Below, piece after piece: positions 19,667 to 28,587 of a stretch of 64,000 bases of DNA. How positions within the stretch are numbered: position 1 is the first letter of the stretch; every line of letters begins with the position of its first letter. This DNA comes from Alphaproteobacteria bacterium (GTDB taxonomy: Bacteria > Pseudomonadota > Alphaproteobacteria > Sphingomonadales > Sphingomonadaceae): positions 4,221 through 68,220 of the forward strand of contig JBKHXB010000001.1 in NCBI GenBank assembly GCA_046566245.1. Reading direction: 5' to 3'. The translations under genes were made by a program, and so were the position numbers. The notes beneath the pieces were generated by a model. That model did no database searches and was not told the DNA's origin. It saw only the letters and a list, made by a program, of their open reading frames with translations.

Positions 19667-21789
19667 TGCTGGGGTTCCTGGGGGGCAGCCGGTGGAGCAG
19701 CCGGCGGCTGGTTCACGGTGTCGTTCGGGCCTGGTACAAGCACCGTCGGCGGAACCGTTGCCATGTAATCCCGCACGAGGCTGTCAAGCGACGGTTCGAC
19801 ATTCGGATTGGCGCGCCACTGCTCGTTGCGGATGTAGCCGTAGCGCTGTGCGCTCAGTCGGCGCGCGTCCTCGCGTGTCCGAACGATTGTCGGGCGGATA
19901 AAGACCATCAAATTGGTCTTCGCCTTGCTGCGCGAGCGCGACTTGAACAGCTCGCCGAGAAGCGGGATGTCGCCGAGCAGCGGTATCTTCTCGAGCGTCT
20001 TGCGCTCGTTCTCGTCGAGCAAGCCGCCGATCGCCAGTATCTCTCCATCATCGACGGTCAGCACGGTCTTGAACTCGCGCTTGTTGATGATGAGGTCGCT
20101 CGAGCGCACCGCGACCGGCCCCGCGACGCTCGATACTTCCTGACGAATGAACAGCTTGATCGAGCCGGACGAGTTCACCTGCGGCTTTACGTCCAGCTGA
20201 ATGCCTACGTTCTGCCGCTGGACGGTGCGGAAGACATTGTCGAAATTGTTCGACAGCGCCTCGCCCGTGGTGACCGGCACCTCCTGTCCGACGAGAAGCT
20301 TCGCTTCCTGGTTGTCGAGCGTCATGATCGAGGGCGTCGACAGGATGTTCGAATCATTGTCACGCTGGACCGCGTTAATGATCGAGCCGAACCACACGTT
20401 CTTCGAGATTTCCCACAGGCCGCCGCCAAAGCCGCCGGTCGCCGTGAGCACCGACGCCACGGCGGCGTCGGTGACGGCCTGTCCGAGGAGCGGGTTGCGC
20501 GTAGTCGTTGTCACGCCCTCGTCGGTCGTCGTTGTCGTCGTCCCCAGCGCTTCGCTCGCAACTGCGGCCCCGACCGTCAGGATGTTAGGCTGCGCATTCG
20601 ACCAATTGGTTGCAGCGAACGGTGCATTCTTCCCGGCAAGCAGGAATTGCACCCCGAGCTCCCGCGCGGCGCCGTTGCCGATTTCGACGATGATCGCTTC
20701 AACCAGTACCTGCTCGCGCCGGGTATCGAGCTGCCGGATGACCTCGCCGAGCTGGCGCTGCGCGTCGGGGTTGGCGGCTATGATGACGGCATTCGTGCCG
20801 GGATAGCGCGTGACCACTGCCGGGCCCCAGCGCACGATTCCGGTTCCCACCGAAGCCTGCTGAACTGGCGGCCGCGCCTGCCCCTCAGCTGGCCCAGCGC
20901 CTGTTCCTTCGCCTTGCTGAGTCCTGATGAACGCCGGCGCCGCGGCGGGCTGGGTGACGGGTTGCCCGACCAGCTGCTGGAGAACTGGAAGGAGCTGCTC
21001 GGCATCAGCGTGCTCGAGCCAATAGACGCGAATCTCGGTGCCTCCAGCGGCGCGTTCGTCGAGTTCCCGAGCAAGCGCTGCCAGGCGCGCGACCGTCGAT
21101 GGCTCGCCCCGGATCGCGACCGCGTTCGAAGAATCGATCGACGAGATCGCGACCTGCGCCACCCCTCCACCGCCGCTCGGGATCAGGCCCTGAAGCGAAG
21201 TCGCGATCTCGCGCGGGCCCATGTTGCGCAGGTAGACGATCTCCGTCCGGGACTGGTCCTGCGCGTTATCGATCTGCCTCAACAGGCTTCGAATCCGCGC
21301 GATATTGTCGGCGAAATCGGCAATGACGAGGCTGTTGGCATTCTTATTCGCGGTTACCGACCCCTGCGGGCTAACGAGCGGCCGGATCGTTTCCAAGGCG
21401 CCTGTTGCATCGACCGAGCGCAGGCGGACGATCTCGGTCACGAACTCACTTCCGGCGCGGCTCCGGCTCGTTGTCCGGATCGGCTGGGTCGCCGCCCCTT
21501 CGATCGGCTGGATTCGGTAACCTCCGCGGATCGGGATCGCGACGAGGCCATTGGCCCGCAGTGTAGACAGGAAAACTTCAAAATATTCCGAACGGCTCAG
21601 CGGCCTTTGCGTGACGACCGAGACCTTCTGGTTGACGCGGCTGTCGACGACCAGGGTGAGGCCGGTGACCCGCGCGGCATCCTCGACAAATGCGCGCACG
21701 TCCACATTGCGCATGTTGATTGTATATTGCGCCGCTAGCGGGTTCGCGATCGCCAGCAACAGGGCTGCAATGAATAGTCTGTGCTTCAT
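19663..21789 (-). CDS. gspD: Type II secretion secretin D
   Basis: N domains, QVLVEAIIVE, NILSTPSIMTLDNQEA, EKIPLLGDIPLLGELF, NLMVFIRPTI. Confidence 0.96.
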   Translation of the reverse strand: MKHRLFIAALLLAIANPLAAQYTINMRNVDVRAFVEDAARVTGLTLVVDSRVNQKVSVVTQRPLSRSEYFEVFLSTLRANGLVAIPIRGGYRIQPIEGAATQPIRTTSRSRAGSEFVTEIVRLRSVDATGALETIRPLVSPQGSVTANKNANSLVIADFADNIARIRSLLRQIDNAQDQSRTEIVYLRNMGPREIATSLQGLIPSGGGGVAQVAISSIDSSNAVAIRGEPSTVARLAALARELDERAAGGTEIRVYWLEHADAEQLLPVLQQLVGQPVTQPAAAPAFIRTQQGEGTGAGPAEGQARPPVQQASVGTGIVRWGPAVVTRYPGTNAVIIAANPDAQRQLGEVIRQLDTRREQVLVEAIIVEIGNGAARELGVQFLLAGKNAPFAATNWSNAQPNILTVGAAVASEALGTTTTTTDEGVTTTTRNPLLGQAVTDAAVASVLTATGGFGGGLWEISKNVWFGSIINAVQRDNDSNILSTPSIMTLDNQEAKLLVGQEVPVTTGEALSNNFDNVFRTVQRQNVGIQLDVKPQVNSSGSIKLFIRQEVSSVAGPVAVRSSDLIINKREFKTVLTVDDGEILAIGGLLDENERKTLEKIPLLGDIPLLGELFKSRSRSKAKTNLMVFIRPTIVRTREDARRLSAQRYGYIRNEQWRANPNVEPSLDSLVRDYMATVPPTVLVPGPNDTVNQPPAAPPAAPQEPQQ

Positions 21790-22601
21790 CAATTACTCGG
21801 CAGGTTGAGGGCTATCGGGACCTTTGCGGCCCCGCGTTCCACAGTGAGGAGCAACCGCGCGCCCGGTGCGATGCTCGATTGCAGCTGCTGCACGTCGATC
21901 ATCGACGTGATCTGCGCGCCATTGACTGCGACGATAACGTCGCCCTCACGAAAACCCGCCGCTGCGAAAAGACGCTGGTCGGCCCCCGGGCTGACGAGGG
22001 CTCCGGTCACTCGCTCGCCCTGCTTCCGGGGCTTGAGCTGGAAGGCGTTGCCTACTGCCGACGCCGCGGCCGCGCCGGCCGCTCCGTGCCCAGCCGACGC
22101 GGCGCCTTCCGTCTGAGGCATGTAGATAGTCTGGGTCGCGCCACCGCGCTTGAGTACGACGTGGTCGAAAAAGACGTCCGCCAGCTTCACCCCAGGGGCA
22201 ACCTCCTCGCCGACGAGGTAGCTCTTCTGCTCACCGTCAGCGGATCCGAGTATGGCGGAGCCCGGCAAACTGCCTTCGCCCGCGCGGGTCCCCAACAGTT
22301 GCAGGTCAATGGCTGGCGCCGAGGTGGCCTGCTGCATTGCTCCGGGCCGGAAAAACGGATCGACCGACGCCACGATTGCTGCCTGCGCCTCGGGGGAGAG
22401 CAGGCGCGGCGGCGCCGGCCGCCACTCTCCGAACGGACCGACAGGAACGACGACCACCCAGAACAGCCGCGCAGCCTGAATCGCGACCAGCGCAAGCAGG
22501 ACCGCCTTCAGCCAGAAATAGATGTCGTTCGGCAGCCAGCGGCCGAACGCGGCCAGGCGTCTTACCGTCAATGTCCTGATCACGTGCGATTCGCCCTTCA
22601 C
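21789..22601 (-). CDS. gspC: Type II secretion protein C (with PDZ)
   Basis: TM, HR domain (LLGTR...SAILG...GEEV), C-terminal PDZ. Start is uncertain. Confidence 0.85.
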   Translation of the reverse strand: MKGESHVIRTLTVRRLAAFGRWLPNDIYFWLKAVLLALVAIQAARLFWVVVVPVGPFGEWRPAPPRLLSPEAQAAIVASVDPFFRPGAMQQATSAPAIDLQLLGTRAGEGSLPGSAILGSADGEQKSYLVGEEVAPGVKLADVFFDHVVLKRGGATQTIYMPQTEGAASAGHGAAGAAAASAVGNAFQLKPRKQGERVTGALVSPGADQRLFAAAGFREGDVIVAVNGAQITSMIDVQQLQSSIAPGARLLLTVERGAAKVPIALNLPSN

Positions 22602-22620
22602 GCACGGAGTGGACGTTCAG

Positions 22621-22660
22621 AGTGACACCAGAATGACGACATTCTGACATTTCGGTTACT
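22621..22660 (-). promoter_or_regulatory. Tandem Pho-box-like array upstream of gspC
   Basis: Minus strand AGTAAC-N5-TGTCAG-N5-CGTCAT-N5-TGTCAC: four units at 11-bp period. Confidence 0.65.
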
Positions 22661-22690
22661 GCGCGGCTTTTCCGCGCCGGCCGACCTCCG

Positions 22691-25477
22691 CTAAAAGTGC
22701 ACGGTCGCGGACAATGCGAATGTGCGGCCGATCTTGTACTTGTTGATGATCAGCTCGCTGTCGTTGAGCCGCTGGCGCTCGACATAGCCGGTTCCAAGCA
22801 GATTGCGGGCCTCCGCCTTGATCTCCACCTCGCGCCCGACATAGGGAAGCGTGATCCCCTCGCGAAGCACCACGTCGAGCTGCACGCCCGGCTTTTCGAT
22901 GAAGTCGGGCGTCAGGTTCGGACCGCGCGCCGTTGCCCGCGGGCTGGCGTAGCTGAGCAGGATGGTCTGCTGAGACAAGCGGCCGGGATGCTCGAGGCTC
23001 AGCTGCGCGTTCACCAGGTGCTTCGATTGACCGGTCAGGCGAAGCTTGTTGCGGGTGTCGAAGACCAGCGTCGCGTCGATTGGGTTCGGCTGGCTTGTGA
23101 AGGTGATCGTCGTATCGCCCTCCTTCACCTTTATTTCGGAATCGGTGAAGGTGTAGTTGCCGATCGTCACCAGCCGCCGGCCGGCAAACGCCCCGCCTAG
23201 CGGCCAGTATTTTCGCCCTTCAAACTCGAACCCATAGAGGGTCGCCTTGGGCGCGTTGGCGAACGAGGTTATCAGGGAGCTGCCAAGGTTGACCGCGACG
23301 GCTTCGATCGGCTTGTCGATGTCCTTGTAGAAGCCCGCGACGGACAGGATCTGGTCGCGACCGAAATACCATTCGTAGCGCGCGTCAAGGTTCAGGATTT
23401 CGCTGTCGACGAGAAACTGGTTGCCGAAAAACGTGCGCTGGGATTCGGTATCGCGATAGGGCTGTGGCGCGAGTTCGCGGAACTGCGGCCGGGCAATGGT
23501 CTTCGAGGCTGCTAGGCGCAGCTGCATGTCGTCGGCGAAATTCCAGGTGATGGTACCGGCCGGCAACCAATAGGATTTGTTCAGCTGGGTCGCCAGTGCC
23601 GGCTCTTCTCCGAACAGGGTGAGCGGAGTGACGAACTGCTCGCCCTTTTCGTAGCGAACGCCCAGATTGACCGTGACTGTCGGCGTAGCCGTGACTTCGG
23701 CCATTACATAGCCGGCATTGACCTTTAGTCCAGCGTCATAGGCCGCCGAGCCGAGGCCGCCCGTCGTTTCCCGCAAAAGCACGCTCCACAGGTAAACGTT
23801 GGCGTCGCTGAGCAGGTAATCGATCCGCTCTTGGGCGACGCTAATCGGAAGCGCGATTGTCGGGAACCACTCGAAATCCCGACGGATCGCGTTTCGGGTG
23901 TTGTCGGTATAGGCATAGCCGGCCGAAAGCGTCGTCGGGATCGAGATGTTGCGCAGCCGATACGCGACGTCGATCGCGCCATACCACAATTCGTCGTCCA
24001 GCTTGCTGAACGAGATTCCGGCGAATTGCCCCGGCGAGCGCAGGTCGTTCACATAGTCGCCGATTTCATCGTTGAAGACGTAGCTGTAGTTGCGTTCGTA
24101 CGGCGCGTCGCGCTTCGTCTTTGCCCAGCTGCCGCGGAGGTCGAGCGAAAAGTCGCCGAACTTCATTTCGGCGACCGCCTGGTTGTCGAACAGCTCGCGT
24201 TCGTACCAACTCGTCAGGCCGTTATTGATCGTCGCGTCGGGACGATCGGTACTCGGGGAAACCGTATCGAAACTGTTGCCCGAAGAAATCCGAGCTTCCT
24301 TGAGCGTATCGCGGATATAAACAGTTGTAAGCCGCAGCTTGTGGCGGTCGAGGCCGAACGTCAGGCTCCCCATCCCGTTCGTCACCGCCCGGTTGATGGT
24401 GCTCAGAAAATCGAAGTCCGAAGAGGCAATAAGCTGCGAGTCCGGGGAATCCGGCGCGCCGGTGCGGGTTCCGGCCTGCTGGACACCGCCCCGCGTGCGC
24501 CAGCTGTTCGACAAGCCGCCAATGGCGATGATGCCGGCGTCTATCTGACCGAGGGAGAAGCGATGACCGACACCAAGGTCAAACGAGCCGTTGAGCGGAA
24601 TTTCCCGGTTGCGCTGAATGAGCGCGGTCGGGGCATTGACCAGGCTCGCCGTGATCGCCTGGATTTGCTCTGTCGTGAAGTTGGCCCCCTCGACCACGCG
24701 ATTGCCCGTGCGGATTGCGTCCGCGAGCGGTCCCGGCACCTCACGGGTCCCGTCATCGTAGCCGGCCCAGTCCCAATCGCCGCCGTCATACACGTAGCCA
24801 AGTTCGAGCGAGGTGACCGTGTCGCCGCCGACGCCAACTCCAACGTCGAGAAACGGCTCGTCGGGCGCGGATCGTGTCGTAATGTTGATGACGCCGCCGC
24901 CGAACTCGCCCGGATAGTTTGCCGAATAGCTTTTCTGGACCACGGTCGAGGCGATGATCGAGGTCGGGAAGAGGTCGAGCGGGACCACGCGCCGAAGCGG
25001 TTCTGGCGAGGGCAGCGGCGCGCCGTTGAGAAGCGCCAGCGAATAGCGCTCCCCGAGACCGCGCACATAGACGTACCGGCCGCCGACGACCGACAGGCCG
25101 GTCACGCGCTGAAGCGCCCCGGCGATGTCGCCTTCTCCGGTCCTGGCAATATCCTGAGCCGACAACACAGACACCACTTCTGGCGTCGCCCTGACGGGGT
25201 TGGGGATGTTCCGGCCGATAACCACGATGTCTCCGCCTTCGCCCGCAGTCGCTCCCGGCCCGGAGATTTCCACTTCTTCTTCCGGCGGCTGTTCGGCCGC
25301 TCCAGGCTGCACCGCCTCCAAGGTATCTTCCTGAGCGGCGGCATCCTCGGCCGGTTGGTCGCCGATCGTCGAAGCGGAGGGCGACGAGGGCGGGGTCGGC
25401 GCCGGCTGCGCCAAAGCGGGAGCGCCAACGAACGCGGCGGTTGCAAGCAGGCTTGCGGCGACTCTTGTGATTGTCAT
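22691..25477 (-). CDS. TonB-dependent receptor
   Basis: Signal peptide, plug motif (ALQRVTGLSV...YVRGLGERYS), RPQFRELAP, C-terminal aromatic residue (GRTFALSATVHF). Confidence 0.93.
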   Translation of the reverse strand: MTITRVAASLLATAAFVGAPALAQPAPTPPSSPSASTIGDQPAEDAAAQEDTLEAVQPGAAEQPPEEEVEISGPGATAGEGGDIVVIGRNIPNPVRATPEVVSVLSAQDIARTGEGDIAGALQRVTGLSVVGGRYVYVRGLGERYSLALLNGAPLPSPEPLRRVVPLDLFPTSIIASTVVQKSYSANYPGEFGGGVINITTRSAPDEPFLDVGVGVGGDTVTSLELGYVYDGGDWDWAGYDDGTREVPGPLADAIRTGNRVVEGANFTTEQIQAITASLVNAPTALIQRNREIPLNGSFDLGVGHRFSLGQIDAGIIAIGGLSNSWRTRGGVQQAGTRTGAPDSPDSQLIASSDFDFLSTINRAVTNGMGSLTFGLDRHKLRLTTVYIRDTLKEARISSGNSFDTVSPSTDRPDATINNGLTSWYERELFDNQAVAEMKFGDFSLDLRGSWAKTKRDAPYERNYSYVFNDEIGDYVNDLRSPGQFAGISFSKLDDELWYGAIDVAYRLRNISIPTTLSAGYAYTDNTRNAIRRDFEWFPTIALPISVAQERIDYLLSDANVYLWSVLLRETTGGLGSAAYDAGLKVNAGYVMAEVTATPTVTVNLGVRYEKGEQFVTPLTLFGEEPALATQLNKSYWLPAGTITWNFADDMQLRLAASKTIARPQFRELAPQPYRDTESQRTFFGNQFLVDSEILNLDARYEWYFGRDQILSVAGFYKDIDKPIEAVAVNLGSSLITSFANAPKATLYGFEFEGRKYWPLGGAFAGRRLVTIGNYTFTDSEIKVKEGDTTITFTSQPNPIDATLVFDTRNKLRLTGQSKHLVNAQLSLEHPGRLSQQTILLSYASPRATARGPNLTPDFIEKPGVQLDVVLREGITLPYVGREVEIKAEARNLLGTGYVERQRLNDSELIINKYKIGRTFALSATVHF

Positions 25478-25553
25478 TGCGATCTTCCCCGCGAAGTAAT
25501 CAGGCGGGAGCGGCGACCGTGGGCCGCCGCTCCCCAGTTCATTCTTGGTCTCG

Positions 25554-27092
25554 TCAACCTGCAGCCGGAATGGCGAGGCACGACATTTCGTTGGAGGCGA
25601 GACCGCAGGTCCAGCCGCGCCACCAATTGTCGTTCGCGTCACGGACAGCGCCGATGTAGGTCACAGGCGTGAAGAACGACGACAGCGTGGTGGGGTCCGT
25701 CGCGGGTACGGCATTCTCGTTCGCACCGTTGATGAAGAACGCGGTCAGCGTCGACGTTCCCGTGCTGTTGTTCGGACCGGCTTCGAAGATCGCCTGGATC
25801 TGCGCGGCAGTGACGTCGTCGTCCGAGACGAACGGTGTCGGACAGGCCAGGAACACCGACGCGAACTTCGGCGGGCCATCTTCGTCCGGGCCGCTGGTCT
25901 GAACCGTCGCCGCGGTGTCAATGTCGAGACACTCCTGCCCCGCTACCGTGCCGTTGTAGATGTCGGCGTCCATGCCACCGCGAAGGTGCATGTAATGGCC
26001 GGTGCCGGCACGCTGCACCATCGTGAAGTTGGAGATCATCCAGTCGGTGCGTGGGGTGGCGTCGACCGGCTTGTCGGTCGAGTCGCCTTCAACGACCTTG
26101 TCGCCGCCGTTCGCCCGCTGGAGGGCGATCACGAACTGGGTCGCGCCCTTGTAGCCCGAGTCGATATCCAGCGAGTCATCATCGTTGCCGGTCAGGACCA
26201 GATACTTGTGGTTGACCGTTCCGCCGAACCATTCGATGCCATCGTCGGAGCTGTTGTGCACCTGGACGTGGTCGACCACCGTTCCGGCGCCGACTCCGGC
26301 GAACGTGATTCCGTTCAGTTCGTTGTTGGTGTCGACCTTGAAGCCCGAGTAGCGGACCTGAAGGAACTGGAGCCGCCCGGAACTGTCGTTGGCGCTTGCG
26401 CCGCCGTAGATCGATCCCGAGGTTCCTTCGACAGGTGCCTGGCACTGGATAGTGCCGCCGGTCGCTCCCGGATCGGCGCAGTCGGCGATCGGTCCACGGC
26501 CGAGGACGACGAGGCCGCCCCACTGGCCGATGGAGTCGGCGTTCACATTGCCGACGACGTTGTCGCGGCTGGTCATCACCACCGGTTTCGATGCGTTGCC
26601 GTCGGCGATCAGCTGCGAGCCGCGATTGACGACCAGGAAGTCGGCACCCGAGGCGCCAAACAAGACGACCCCGGCGTCGAGCGTCAGGACCCCCGACTCG
26701 CCAGCGCTCGGGCTATTCGGATCGGGGCCGCGATCGTCGCCGACCTGGACCTTGCCCGAAAGCGCGTAGATGGTTCCGGCAAGGTTCTGGAGGCGCAGAC
26801 TGCCGCGGATCGTGCCGGAGATCTGGCAGATTCGACGCACGTCGGTCGTGCTGCCGCCAACGCCAATCGTGCCAACGTCAGCCGTTCCGGTCGGACAGTT
26901 CGGGGCAGGGCCTGGAGTCGGTGTTGGGGTCGGCGTCGGCGTGGGTGTCGGCGTCGGGGTTGGAGTGGGCGTCGGAACGACTATTACGCCTTCGCCGGGC
27001 GATGCAACGTCATCGGCACCGGTGCACGCCGCAAGCGCTGCGCTCGCAACGCCAACCATCAACAACTTTCTTGTGAGCTTAATGGTGATCAT
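25554..27092 (-). CDS. ElpS-like extracellular lipoprotein
   Basis: Lipobox AALAAC, GADDVASPGEG, beta-helix-like repeats (GQWGGLVVLG, DDGIEWFGG, DDSLDIDSG). Synteny lipoprotein-TBDR-gsp matches the Caulobacter elpS locus as I recall it. Confidence 0.75.
   Translation of the reverse strand: MITIKLTRKLLMVGVASAALAACTGADDVASPGEGVIVVPTPTPTPTPTPTPTPTPTPTPGPAPNCPTGTADVGTIGVGGSTTDVRRICQISGTIRGSLRLQNLAGTIYALSGKVQVGDDRGPDPNSPSAGESGVLTLDAGVVLFGASGADFLVVNRGSQLIADGNASKPVVMTSRDNVVGNVNADSIGQWGGLVVLGRGPIADCADPGATGGTIQCQAPVEGTSGSIYGGASANDSSGRLQFLQVRYSGFKVDTNNELNGITFAGVGAGTVVDHVQVHNSSDDGIEWFGGTVNHKYLVLTGNDDDSLDIDSGYKGATQFVIALQRANGGDKVVEGDSTDKPVDATPRTDWMISNFTMVQRAGTGHYMHLRGGMDADIYNGTVAGQECLDIDTAATVQTSGPDEDGPPKFASVFLACPTPFVSDDDVTAAQIQAIFEAGPNNSTGTSTLTAFFINGANENAVPATDPTTLSSFFTPVTYIGAVRDANDNWWRGWTCGLASNEMSCLAIPAAG
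26913..26975 (-). repeat. Pro-Thr coding repeat (PT)x10
   Basis: Imperfect 6-nt repeats with synonymous variation, encoding a PT linker after the lipobox. Confidence 0.9.
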
Positions 27093-27184
27093 GGAATCCA
27101 CTCCGATCTCGAGCCGTTGTCAGGAAGAAGGCGACCCGGATCGCGAGCTCGCCCCCTGCTCGACTCACCGATTAGCCACGCACT

Positions 27185-27213
27185 GTGACAGGCCGATGTT
27201 TAGCCCATGACAC
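27185..27213 (-). promoter_or_regulatory. Pho-box-like site upstream of the ElpS-like gene
   Basis: Minus strand TGTCAT-N5-AAACAT-N5-TGTCAC, 11-bp period. Confidence 0.55.
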
Positions 27214-27237
27214 TTTGGTGAATTGCCGCTCGGCCGA

Positions 27238-27939
27238 TTAGTTGGCGGTCTGGCGCGCTCGTTGCGGGTTGAAGGCATAGCCCCCGCCACGCACGGTCTC
27301 GATTATTTCGGGCGCACCCTTTGCGGCGGTCAGTGCGCGCCGAAGCCGGACTATGCAGGCTCTGACCATGCGCTCGTCACCGTGCGGATTGCCCCACACT
27401 TCTTCGAGCAATCGTTGGTAGGAGAAGACCATTCCCGGGTTGGATATTAGGTGAGCAAGCAGCTTGAGCTGCATCGCCGTGAGCTTTGCGGTATGGCCTG
27501 AGTAGCTCACCGTGTACCGATCCGGATCGACCACGACATCTCCACACCTGAGCACACGCGGAAGATCGCGGAGGGGAGCTCGCACGAGTTCCCTTGCCCG
27601 CTCGACAAGCTCGTGGTTCTCAGCCGACATCACCCAGCAATCGTCAGCTCCCGCCTCATACAGGCGAAGACGCTCCTGGGGCCTGCCGGGGTTCGTGATT
27701 GCGATCACACGCGCGCGGGCCAATGCTTCAACTGCCCTGAGGCTCACGCACAGTTGAACTGCGCGCGCCAGGTCGGAGCGCGCATCGACGAAAACCGCCG
27801 AAGGGCGGGACTCAAGCGCCGCCACCAGCGAGAAGCGGCCGAGGCCGCAGCGGTGTACCTGGATGCCCACTTCCTCAAGGGCCGATTCGATCGGATTGCA
27901 TTGATCGTCGGTTGATATCATGAGCGCGCTAGCACCCAT
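27238..27939 (-). CDS. Atypical OmpR/PhoB-family response regulator
   Basis: Receiver-like N-terminus (VFVD, IAIT, GADD) and winged-helix C-terminus (LLEEVWG...IVRLRRAL...ETVRGGGY). Confidence 0.85.
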   Translation of the reverse strand: MGASALMISTDDQCNPIESALEEVGIQVHRCGLGRFSLVAALESRPSAVFVDARSDLARAVQLCVSLRAVEALARARVIAITNPGRPQERLRLYEAGADDCWVMSAENHELVERARELVRAPLRDLPRVLRCGDVVVDPDRYTVSYSGHTAKLTAMQLKLLAHLISNPGMVFSYQRLLEEVWGNPHGDERMVRACIVRLRRALTAAKGAPEIIETVRGGGYAFNPQRARQTAN

Positions 27940-28035
27940 TATGCTGCCATTCTTCTGTCTTGGAGATCATGATTGGCATCCCGCCCCGGCAGACTTGTCG
28001 CCTGCAGGTCTTTGGCCGGTTAGCTTTGCAGGTGC

Positions 28036-28064
28036 GTGTCGCGAACGTGACGCTTCAATGACGA
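28036..28064 (-). promoter_or_regulatory. Pho-box-like site upstream of the PhoB-like regulator
   Basis: Minus strand CGTCAT-N5-CGTCAC-N5-CGACAC, 11-bp period, ~100 nt before the start. Confidence 0.55.
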
Positions 28065-28307
28065 ATGGCGCAGAGATCCTCGCTCGGATCAGGGTGCGGT
28101 AAACGTCGCACCTCGAAATTGGTGCATTCCGAATGTGGCAGGTTTGCTAGTTTCGGGCGTGATTGGGTTCGACCGCACCACAATGCGCCGCCGCGGCGCG
28201 GCAAGGGAACTTATGTGAAGGAAGGGTTCGAGTGCGCGCGCTGACGACCAGCCGCGAACCTGCTATCAGCGATACCGCCGGATCGCCCCGCTTCACGGGA
28301 GACGACG

Positions 28308-28574
28308 ATGGTGGACTATCACATCACCTGCATCCGGCGCGATAGCAGCGACTTTGACCGGCGAATTGACGCCGTCGGGGTCAGCGGCCACCTCTATCCG
28401 ATCGATCAGGTCATCAATTGGATCCGGACGGGCGCGCACCGATTCTGGATAATCGCACAGGGGAAGAGTGTCTGGGTTGTGGTCCGGCGACACCCGACCT
28501 CCGGGCGCGATTATCTCGCTACCAAGAACGACGGCTTTCCGCCCAACAACCTGCTCAGCTTGCCCGAGTGCTAG
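28308..28574 (+). CDS. DUF3892-like small protein
   Basis: YHITCIRR...IDAVG...QVINWI...YLAT..D....NNLLSLPEC, the family's typical C-terminus. Confidence 0.8.
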   Translation: MVDYHITCIRRDSSDFDRRIDAVGVSGHLYPIDQVINWIRTGAHRFWIIAQGKSVWVVVRRHPTSGRDYLATKNDGFPPNNLLSLPEC

Positions 28575-28587
28575 ACGCCATTCGCTG

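Noticed and set aside
19666-27188. Long + strand ORFs (19666-21738, 23831-25672, 25545-27188)
   Set aside because: Antisense shadows of gspD, the TBDR and the ElpS-like gene in high-GC DNA; no recognisable motifs.
27940-28300. Search for a duplicated tRNA-Cys 3' end (attL), and GGTTCGA tRNA-like bits near 28166 and 28225
   Set aside because: No match to TGGAGGCCCGAGCC found by eye, and the GGTTCGA bits lack a pairing T-stem.
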